The notes beneath the pieces are model-generated. The model ran no database searches. It saw nothing but the letters and a program-made list of their open reading frames with translations, and was not told the DNA's origin. Shown one piece after another: positions 1-8,200 of a stretch of DNA of 64,000 nucleotides; within the stretch, counting starts at the first letter, position 1, and each line of letters starts with the position of its first letter. Origin of the DNA: an uncultured bacterium (GTDB lineage: Bacteria; Bacillota; Clostridia; Oscillospirales; CAG-272); NCBI GenBank assembly GCA_945920215.1, contig CAMEJM010000007.1, forward strand, positions 598-64,597. Direction: 5' to 3'. The translations under genes were made by a program, and so were the position numbers.

Positions 1-405
1 AGCCAGATCAACGCCGCTGCCTCTGCCGCCTTGGTTGTCTCCCAAAACAACGATTCTTGCCGCAACCGTCTCTCCCGCGACCTTGACGGCAACAGAGGAA
101 ACGGGAGCCGCGTTATGCGTGACAACATGCGTGTTGGTAATCGCAAACCCATCCGGGGAGATAAGCAATCCGGAACCGGCAGAGGAACCGCCCTGAAAGG
201 TGCAATTGATTTCGAGAACACCGCCGATGCACTTTTCGTAAATGTCGGCGCCGCCGCCCATCGCCGTCGCTTTCTGCGTCACAAAACTCTTGGGCGTCGG
301 AGCAAAATCAGCGGCGGAAAAGGTCTTTCCGCAGTAAACGCAGCGGTAAGAATCCGGCGCCACCTTCTGCGTACCGCCGCCGCACAGTAAACATTTATAG
401 TCCAT
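1..405 (-). CDS. Zn-ribbon + trypsin-like (chymotrypsin-fold, DegP/S1-type) serine protease; N-terminal 135 aa only, gene runs off the window
   Basis: Absent from the ORF track (no stop in window). My translation from ATG at 405 reads MDYKCLLCGGGTQKVAPDSYRCVYCGKTF (CxxC..CxxC ribbon), then ...SSAGSGLLISPDGFAITNTHVV (protease His-box). A GAGGAG SD lies 8 nt upstream and overlaps the stop of the upstream gene. Confidence 0.7.
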   Translation of the reverse strand, partial: MDYKCLLCGGGTQKVAPDSYRCVYCGKTFSAADFAPTPKSFVTQKATAMGGGADIYEKCIGGVLEINCTFQGGSSAGSGLLISPDGFAITNTHVVTHNAAPVSSVAVKVAGETVAARIVVLGDNQGGRGSGVDLA

Positions 406-417
406 GTTTTTGACTCC

Positions 418-2523
418 TCAATTCGTATTGTCGGCTTCCCACTTTTTCAGGCGTTCGATGTCCGCGCGCTGTACCGTACCGCACACGGATTCCAGCGCAG
501 TGTCAAAGTCTGCCTGACAGATATATTTCTCGTTTGTGTTGATGCCGCGGATAATGGAGATTTCCTCGATTCTATCCATCAGATTGGATACGTCCGCACC
601 GTTGAAGCCCTCTGTCTTCTCCACGACCTCATCGGTCTGCAAATCGTCTCGGATGGTGACAATTCCCTTTTGCGCGATTTTATCGAGGCGGCTCTGTATC
701 ATGTACCGCCTTGCGCCCGCGTCCGGTAATCCCACATAAATACGCGTGCCGAATCTGCCCGGGCGGACAAAGGCGCTGTCAATATCCCACGGTTTATTGG
801 TCGCGGCAATCAGAAACAGGATATGCCCGGTATCTTTCCCGTAGCTCTCAATCCCCTGCAGCTGTGCCAACAGCTCGGAGCGGAGCTGTTTCGCATACTG
901 CGAGCGCGTGTCTTTCGGCGAAATGGAATCCATCTCGTCAAAATAGATCACCGAAACAGGGAAACGCCGCGCCTGTGCAAACAGTGCCCGCACGGCTCTC
1001 TCGGACTGTCCCGCCCCCTGATGTAACAGGTCGGACGGCTTCACGGCGCAGAATTTCGCGCCGATCTCATTCGCGATGGCGGCGGCGATCATGGTTTTCC
1101 CCGTGCCGGGAGGGCCGTACAGCAGCAGCCCGCCGCCGTTCCGCTTGACGTAACCGTCAAACGCCTCCGGATTCTTGAGCGGCAGAAGCACTTTGATCTT
1201 CACGGCTTCTTTCACGCTCTCAAGCCCTGCCACGTCGTCGAAGGACACAACCGGCAGGCGATCCCATTCAAAGCGGAACTCATCCTCGTCTCCGTATGCG
1301 TCCCGCAGCAGCTTCTCCTCCGGGGAATCCGTCTTGACCTCCTCCGGCTTCTGCGGCTTGCTCTCCGGCGCCTTTTCGGTGGGCTTCTCCGTACGCCCGG
1401 TGCCGGCAGCCGTCGACTGCTCTCTGATGCTTTGCGGCAGATCCGCCATCTCAATGGTGGTCATCTCGGCATCGGTCGGGTTCTCCATGTCCGCGATTCG
1501 CTTGGATTGTATGGTGACGATGGTTTCAAAAATGTTCCGCACGCTCCGCGCATTCCCGAAATTCTTATCCCGCTCCGCATATGCCCGGCGGAAATATTCC
1601 TGCATTGTCTTTGCCGCCGTTTCGTTGAGCACATACTGATTTTTGTTTAAGAAGCCTGTGAAAATGCGATAGAGTTCCTCTCCCGTATAATCGGTAAAGC
1701 GTATGTATGTCTTGAAGCGCGAACGCAAGCCGGGGTTGGAATCGATGAATTTCTCCATCAGTTCGTCGTACCCCGCGACAATCACTACCAGATTGGAGCG
1801 ATTGTCCTCCATGGCTTTCAGCAGAGTGTCGATTGCCTCCTGACCGAAGTCATTGCCGCCACCGCCGGCAAGCGTGTACGCTTCATCAATGAACAGCACG
1901 CCGCCGATGGACTTTTTCACCACTTCCTGCGTTTTGAGAGCGGTCTGACCGACATATCCCGCCACAAGGTCGCTGCGGTCCACCTCTACCAGGTGTCCGT
2001 CGCTCAAAATACCGAGCGCGCAGTAAATCTGTGACACAATGCGGGCAACCGTGGTTTTCCCCGTTCCGGGGTTCCCCGTAAACACCATGTGATAGGACAT
2101 TTCGGGAACCGACAATCCGCGCTCCCGGCGCAGCTTGAACACCTTGATCTGATCCACCCAGTCGGATACCTGCTGTTTGACGCCTGCAAGTCCCTCCAGC
2201 TGAAACAGATTCCGGAGAGCTTCTTCAAGAGAAATCTTATCGTTCTCCTGAATCCTGACGTCCGACAGCACGCATTCTTCCTTGCTGCTCGCCTTTTTGC
2301 CGGATTGCGCAGGGATGCTGTCCGCCATCTCAATCAGGCTCTTCGCGCGCGCATATCTGCTTGCTTGCAGATTTCCCGCGCTGTCCTTCGCCATCTTCAG
2401 CATTTGTTCGGCGGCGAGCATATAGTATTTCTTTGCCAAAACATAGTCGCCTTTGCCGTAACTTTCTTTGGCCTTTTTGCTGTACAGCTCAAATGTTTCA
2501 TATAACAGGTCCATGCTTGCCAT
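418..2523 (-). CDS. MIT-like N-domain + tandem AAA+ ATPase (CbbX/SpoVK-type AAA, then classic Vps4/katanin-like AAA)
   Basis: 701-aa ORF with an AAGGAG SD. The N-terminal helical segment AKESYGKGDYVLAKKYYMLAAEQMLKMAK..ASRYARAKSLIEMADSI is MIT-like. Walker A 1 is FTGNPGTGKTTVA, with LFIDEAY and SpoVK-like flanks. After a low-complexity PEK linker comes SFDDVAGLE..LLLYGPPGTGKTMIAAAIANE..VIYFDEMDS..ATNKPWDIDSAFVRPGRF. The C-terminal helix is ADIERLKKWEADN. Confidence 0.8.
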   Translation of the reverse strand: MASMDLLYETFELYSKKAKESYGKGDYVLAKKYYMLAAEQMLKMAKDSAGNLQASRYARAKSLIEMADSIPAQSGKKASSKEECVLSDVRIQENDKISLEEALRNLFQLEGLAGVKQQVSDWVDQIKVFKLRRERGLSVPEMSYHMVFTGNPGTGKTTVARIVSQIYCALGILSDGHLVEVDRSDLVAGYVGQTALKTQEVVKKSIGGVLFIDEAYTLAGGGGNDFGQEAIDTLLKAMEDNRSNLVVIVAGYDELMEKFIDSNPGLRSRFKTYIRFTDYTGEELYRIFTGFLNKNQYVLNETAAKTMQEYFRRAYAERDKNFGNARSVRNIFETIVTIQSKRIADMENPTDAEMTTIEMADLPQSIREQSTAAGTGRTEKPTEKAPESKPQKPEEVKTDSPEEKLLRDAYGDEDEFRFEWDRLPVVSFDDVAGLESVKEAVKIKVLLPLKNPEAFDGYVKRNGGGLLLYGPPGTGKTMIAAAIANEIGAKFCAVKPSDLLHQGAGQSERAVRALFAQARRFPVSVIYFDEMDSISPKDTRSQYAKQLRSELLAQLQGIESYGKDTGHILFLIAATNKPWDIDSAFVRPGRFGTRIYVGLPDAGARRYMIQSRLDKIAQKGIVTIRDDLQTDEVVEKTEGFNGADVSNLMDRIEEISIIRGINTNEKYICQADFDTALESVCGTVQRADIERLKKWEADNTN

Positions 2524-2544
2524 ACGACTCGCTCCTTGCTCCGA

Positions 2545-3111
2545 TCACTCGGACATTCTCTTCTTCAGTGCTTCCAGTTCCTTTTCAATCATCGCGTCGG
2601 TGCTGTCCGCGTCTCCCGCGCCGTTGGAAAGCAATCCCTCCAGTTCCGCGCGATCCTCGGCGGAAGCGGGAGCGCCGGAAGCAAAGGACGCCTCGGTATC
2701 GTCCATAAACTGCTCCATCTGCTCGGTCTGCATCTCGATGCCCATCATCGCCTCACCGAACTGCTCCTGCACGCGGCGGAACTGCTTTTCGTTGGTGAGC
2801 TTCATCATATCCCGGCTCAGATCCCCCATCCCCTTAAGGAACTCGGTGGTCATCGCCGCCATATCCTTCATCTGGGAGGTGATCTCAAAGTTCAGCTTCA
2901 TCTCCGAAATACGCTTGATCTGCATCATGGTCGTACGCAGCGCCGTCAGCGCCAACTCATACTGTGCCGTCAGCCCTTTTTTCTTGGCTTCTTTCCCGGC
3001 TTCAATGTAGCGGAGTTTCTGCTCCTCAAGCTTCTGAATCTGTTTGTTCATCGAGGTGATGGTCTGTTTGACCTTCATTCTCTTCGCCAGTTCTTTTTTT
3101 GTGGAATTCAT
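2545..3111 (-). CDS. ESCRT-III/PspA-superfamily protein, Vps2/CHMP2-like, with acidic tail and MIM1-like C-terminus
   Basis: 188 aa with an AAGGAG SD. It has a basic coiled-coil N-half. The core MTTEFLKGMGDLSRDMMKLTNEKQFRRVQEQFGEAMMGIEMQTEQMEQFMDD resembles the CHMP2 alpha3-alpha5 region from memory. The tail is DADSTDAMIEKELEALKKRMSE. Confidence 0.6.
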   Translation of the reverse strand: MNSTKKELAKRMKVKQTITSMNKQIQKLEEQKLRYIEAGKEAKKKGLTAQYELALTALRTTMMQIKRISEMKLNFEITSQMKDMAAMTTEFLKGMGDLSRDMMKLTNEKQFRRVQEQFGEAMMGIEMQTEQMEQFMDDTEASFASGAPASAEDRAELEGLLSNGAGDADSTDAMIEKELEALKKRMSE

Positions 3112-3123
3112 GTCGGATGCTCC

Positions 3124-3717
3124 TTAACTGTTTGTAGTATCGGTTTTCGCCGCGGCGGCGGTGGAGGACTGCTCCTGTTCATCGGCGATCTGCTCCTCTG
3201 TCTCAAACATGGCAAGCAGCGCGTCGTCGTCCTGCCCCACCCCGTAAATCTCCGAGCTCGGCTCATACGCCTCCTCGATGGAGCGGAAGGTCTCATCCGC
3301 GTCGGTTAATACCTTTTCAGCCGAAACGCGGGTGTTCAGCGCCTGATTGAGGAAACGGGCAAGTCCCTTTTGGTCGCCGAGCAAGCCTCCGAGAGACTGC
3401 TTGGGCGTTTTCGCAAAAAACTGATTGTCATCGATCGCGCGCTTGAGCTTCTGCAACATCTGAATGTTGTACATCAGATACATGATTCGCTGTACGTCCT
3501 GCGCGCGCTCGGCTTTCAGGGCGTTGACCCTCTTTGCCCAAAGCAGCTTGACGTCCCGCACGGTTTCCGTTCTGCCTTTTTGCATCAGCGCGTCGATCTT
3601 CTTCTGCTTTTCGTCCAGCCCTGCCTCGAGGTCTGCGGATTCCTTTTCCAGCTTGCAGATGGAATCCACCACTTCCTCGCGGGTCAGCTTCTGAAATTTA
3701 CTCTTAAAAGGCCACAT
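3124..3717 (-). CDS. ESCRT-III/PspA-superfamily protein, Snf7/CHMP4-like
   Basis: 197 aa with an AAGGAG SD. The helical hairpin region is LDEKQKKIDALMQKGRTETVRDVKLLWAKRVNALKAERAQDVQRIMYLMYNIQMLQKL. The acidic C-terminus is GQDDDALLAMFETEEQIADEQEQ (compare the CHMP4 DEDELMAELEELEQ-type tail, from memory). Confidence 0.6.
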   Translation of the reverse strand: MWPFKSKFQKLTREEVVDSICKLEKESADLEAGLDEKQKKIDALMQKGRTETVRDVKLLWAKRVNALKAERAQDVQRIMYLMYNIQMLQKLKRAIDDNQFFAKTPKQSLGGLLGDQKGLARFLNQALNTRVSAEKVLTDADETFRSIEEAYEPSSEIYGVGQDDDALLAMFETEEQIADEQEQSSTAAAAKTDTTNS

Positions 3718-3728
3718 TGCGTTTCTCC

Positions 3729-4058
3729 TTATTCAACCGTTTTTCTTTCGGCGATTGCAATGTGAATGTCTTTCAGCAGCCCCTGCGCCTTTTCGTTCGC
3801 AGTCTCGTCCTTGCATTTGATAAGGGCGATTTTGAGGTCTTCAAGCAAATTTTTGATTTTTTTATCGCAGTCATACACTTTAGACTTTGCGGAGGGCATC
3901 AGGTATTTCAGCTCTTCCTGCAAATCCCGCAGCGCTGTGCGGAAGTTCTCGTCCTCGGTCTGTGCAATCAGGACTTCGACTGTTTTCGCGTTGACCTCCA
4001 CAAGGTCATAATCCTGCCGGTTTGCCTCAGCGGCTTTTTTCTTCTTGAAAAACAACAT
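3729..4058 (-). CDS. Small all-helical hypothetical protein (109 aa), operon member
   Basis: GAGGAGG SD. It sits 25 nt after the upstream gene and 11 nt before the next. Charged heptad-like composition; no family recognised. Confidence 0.5.
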   Translation of the reverse strand: MLFFKKKKAAEANRQDYDLVEVNAKTVEVLIAQTEDENFRTALRDLQEELKYLMPSAKSKVYDCDKKIKNLLEDLKIALIKCKDETANEKAQGLLKDIHIAIAERKTVE

Positions 4059-4083
4059 GATATGTATCCTCCTCAGTCTTTTC

Positions 4084-5109
4084 TCAATTCAGTTTTGTTC
4101 CGCACGCACTGCAAAAAGCCGTGTCGCCGGGATACGTCTTGCCGCACTTGGGGCAGGTCACGGTCGCAGCGGCAAGCTTCTTACCGCAGCCGGGGCAGAA
4201 TGCCGCGCCGTTTTCATAGCTGTGACCGCAATTGGGGCAGAATGCGCCGGCCGCGGTTGCGCCGCCCTTGCTTCCCACCACCTTCAGGACCTCGTAGTAT
4301 GCCGCTTTGTCCTCCTGCTCGAGGCGCTTCAGATACATCTCGCGCTCCCACTGCTTGTCGTCCAGGCGCTCCAGTTCTGCAAGATATTCTTTCATCTTGT
4401 TGCGCTGCTGGATTTCGTCCGCAACATTCTCGATCTTCTCCATATCCTCGGCGGAAATATTGAACTTTTCGATGATGAAGTCCACCAGACCGATGCCCCA
4501 GTCCCTCTCAAACTTCTCGCTGAGCATCTTACCTACCTGGACCGCAATGGTCTTGCGGTTTGCGTCAAACTGGTCGTAGGTCAGCTCCTCCTTGGCAACC
4601 ACAGTCAGGAAAACGTCCGCGAAATCGTTGACCACAGCTGCCGAGAAACGGTCGCGGAACCGCTCCAGATCGAATTCCTTGGTTGCGCCCACCACCTTGC
4701 GGAAGAACTGGTTGGCGTTGGTGATGCTGATGCCGAACTGCCCGCGCGCACCCACCTCGATCACCTTGTTGCTGATTTTATCGCGGTAAGTCACCTTATC
4801 GGGGGTCCCCCAACGAATGAGAACGCTGGTTTCTTTCGGCACATAGATGATCTCGACCGAAACCCCGTTCTTCCATGCTTTCATCTCTTCTTTGCTTTCG
4901 AAAACGGGATATGTACCGCTCTGGTAAACACGGAAATCCCCGCCGCCCTTGATCACGAACGCCATGTGCGTAAAGGGCACCTCGAACATTGCGTCCTTGG
5001 TCGTCACCACGTCGCCGACGCGGACAAACAGAATGCTGTTGTCGTTCACAGACGCGTGACAAATATTTTGCTCAAAACGGATGATTTGCTGTTTTTTACT
5101 GCCGAACAT
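4084..5109 (-). CDS. SPFH (stomatin/prohibitin/flotillin-like) protein with C-terminal double Zn-ribbon (COG4260, B. subtilis YdjI-like)
   Basis: 341 aa with an AAAGGAG SD. The body matches the virion-core/SPFH-like family as I remember it. The C-terminus is FCPNCGHSYENGAAFCPGCGKKL..TCPKCGKTYPGDTAFCSACGTKL (4 x CxxC). Confidence 0.75.
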   Translation of the reverse strand: MFGSKKQQIIRFEQNICHASVNDNSILFVRVGDVVTTKDAMFEVPFTHMAFVIKGGGDFRVYQSGTYPVFESKEEMKAWKNGVSVEIIYVPKETSVLIRWGTPDKVTYRDKISNKVIEVGARGQFGISITNANQFFRKVVGATKEFDLERFRDRFSAAVVNDFADVFLTVVAKEELTYDQFDANRKTIAVQVGKMLSEKFERDWGIGLVDFIIEKFNISAEDMEKIENVADEIQQRNKMKEYLAELERLDDKQWEREMYLKRLEQEDKAAYYEVLKVVGSKGGATAAGAFCPNCGHSYENGAAFCPGCGKKLAAATVTCPKCGKTYPGDTAFCSACGTKLN

Positions 5110-5232
5110 AATTAAAACTCCTTTATTATGTGCATTTTAATTAAAAGTTTTAATTTTGGAGGATGGAAGCGCCCGGCGCCGTATTCTTCTGCGGGCGGCG
5201 CGCTTCCCGTAGGGTGCTGTTTGTTGCCGCGG

Positions 5233-8200
5233 TTATTTGAGAGACGCGGGATCATTGTAGAACCCAATGAGCCACAGCACTTCCTTAAAAGTAATCAAGC
5301 CTTTGCCAACCGCAACCTTGTAATATCGGAACGGGAATGCGTTGAACACCTCAAGCGGTATGTAGTCCTTGAAGTCGTCGTAGGTGTACAACCCCCACTC
5401 TGCAATATCCGCAGCCATCAGGGCTTCGTCGTACTTCATATTTTCGTCGTACGCAAACAGATTCACCATACCTGCCGACAAGGTCAGCATACGGTCCGCA
5501 ATTAGGTTGATATGCCATACGGAGGCAGGGTTGTAAACCTTCATGAATTCGTTTGTTACGGTGACTTCGTTGAGAACAACGGTTCTGCTGACGGCTTCCC
5601 CGTTCTCATACGCCACGGATACAAACCTGTGTCCGACAAACCCGTCGGCGTTGTCTGCGTTGATATACACGTATTGATTCAAGTCCCTGTCAAACAACCC
5701 GTGCTCGCCGACAATCCGAAGCTCGCCTCCGTCGGAGAAGGACAGATTGACGACGTCGCGAAGAGCTGCTTCTTCTCCCGCGTGTACATTGACCAATATC
5801 GGTGAGGCCTCATATCTGCCTGTTTCGTGGTTGAAAACAAGCAGAATATCACCTGTCTGCAACTCCTCTACCGCTTTGGTGGTCCCGTCCGCCAGCATAA
5901 TCCGCGTGCCCTCGGCAAGACAGCTGGTATCCCAGCTGGAAGCGCTCACCGTTGTGTTTTTATTCAACGTAAAGGTGTATGGATTGCTGACGCTGTTTCC
6001 GTTCACGGAGAAAGACTGCCCCGAGACATCCGAATAAGAGAAGGTCGCGCTTGCAGTCACGCGAGTGCCGAGCGGCAATGTACCGTCCGTTTTCCACTGA
6101 GACTTCAGTGCTTCACTCTCAAACTCGAGCATCACTTGCGCATAGCTCTCCGAAATTTTCAGAGTGCACCACTGTTCTTCCGAGAACTGCGGAACAGCGG
6201 TAACCCAATGGTCGGGGGTATACCACTGCCCCTCCCGGTACAGTTCACCGTCTATCATCCAACCCTCGAAAACATACTTGACGATATAGTCGTTTTGCGA
6301 CGAATCCGCTTTGGTATCCGCGGGAAGTTTCAGGCGCTCGCCCTTATTCACATATTCCATGGCGATAGTGCCGTCCTCACACTCGAACCGGACTTTGTTT
6401 TTGCTCACCAGATTGGGAATTGCCTGAGAGAGATTCAACGAAACAATGACAAGCGATAACAGAGCCACAAGCACCGCAGCTTTTCCGTACTGCTTTTTAT
6501 TCTGCTTGACATACGATTCATATGTCTCGTTGGAGGACATACCGTAATTCAGTCCCAGCGCAGTTCCTACTGCCGCAATGCAGAACACAATATAGAAGAA
6601 TCGCGCCAACCCTACCGAGAGGCCTCCCGTGGCATTGATTTTATCCATCAGGCCGTGCGACTTGGTGAATACATCAATCCCGATCAGAACGGCAAGCACA
6701 GCGGGGAGAAAGAAAATGCAGGATCTGACAACCCGCCCCCTAACGTAGCGTTTTCTTGCTTTTTCCTCGCTGGTTCTGTTTCTTTCCCCGGCTGCTGCCA
6801 TGCGATGATTGAGATCATCCGGTGAACAAGTGCTGTCCCCAACGGTAACGTAGAGCAGATTTTCGCAGGAAGAAAACACATTCAATCCCAAGTTTCTAAC
6901 ATTCTTCGGAATGTTTACGGTTGCAAGTTTCCGACAGTAGGCAAACGCCTCGTTTCCAATGCTCCTGACACTACCTGGTACGGTAACGGAAACCAAATTG
7001 GTGCAGTCGAAAAACGCTCGGAATCCGATATGTGTCACTGTGTCCGGAATCGTAACGGAGCGCAGAGTTTTGCAACCTTGAAACGCCTCGGCGCCGATTC
7101 CCACAACGCGCTTGCCGTCCACATGGGAGGGAACTGTGAAGTCACAGTCAGAGCGCCGGGAAAGGGCTTCTCTCACGCCGCCTATGATTTCCACGCCTTC
7201 CCCCTTATTCCGGTATTTCAGCGTGCGCATCAGTTCCGCCTCGACCGCCAACACGCGAGAGTCACCGTTTCCAATGGACATATAGTATTCGTATTGGAAA
7301 TCGCTGGCGCAGTTTTTGGCGTTCTGGAAGTCCTGCATATCGTACAGCTTGTTGTGCCGCTTCAGCAACGCCAGGTCACTGTCCGCTTTCATGTGGCATT
7401 TCAGAAGTCCCCAGTGCGCCTGCGCGGATGTCTCATCCCGCGCCAGATACTCCTTGAAGTAAACCTCTGCATTCTTGTAGTCTCTTTCTGCCACGCACAG
7501 CTCTGCCAATTCCATGAGGAATGCGTTGACTCTTTCTTCCTCACCCAAAGCGTCATATGTGCCGACAACGGTTTCCACAAATATCTTCGCCGCTTTTTTA
7601 TTATATGAAACCTGATACTTTACCATCCGTTCCAGGCTTCCCATCGCCGCCGAGTTCTGCTTCTTATAGTCACAGATGATTATGCGCTCTATGATTTCAG
7701 CCGGCGTCAGTTCCGACAGATGCTTTGTCGCCGCATCCTCGGCAGGCGTTGCCTCCAGTGAAAACGCGGTTCGTTCGATCTCATCCGTTTTCAGGCGGCA
7801 CTCCAACAGATGCAGATAATCCTTGCCCTGCCGCTCTGCGGATGCCAGTTCCTCATAGTATTTCTGCGCCAAATCATAATGCCCGCACCGCCGCAGCGTG
7901 TTTGCATATTTCCTCATGACCGACAGACATTGCATACGGTTTTCCTCGGAGAACAACCGCCTTGCTTGAGCAAAGACCGATTCGCTCTCCTTTGGACTCG
8001 TCTCCGCATTGAAACAACAACGTCTCAGAAGTGAAGTCAACGCCACATCCACACGCTTATCGTCCAGATATTTCAGTATCTCATCATACAGCGGCTGGAT
8101 CTTCGCCCACTTCTCATCTGCGTCAAGACAGGCGAGCATTGCGTCCACGCATGCCCATGAGAATTGCTCGTCATTGGAGCATTCAATGGCGCGATGAAAT

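Noticed and set aside
31-390. 119-aa plus-strand ORF at the window start
   Set aside because: It is antisense to the Zn-ribbon/trypsin-like protease gene. That gene has an SD, is operon-coupled and has clear motifs.
5165-5208. GC-rich hairpin between the TIR gene and the SPFH gene as an intrinsic terminator
   Set aside because: No U-tract follows it on the minus strand. It is kept only as a possible processing or attenuation site, mentioned under the operon finding.
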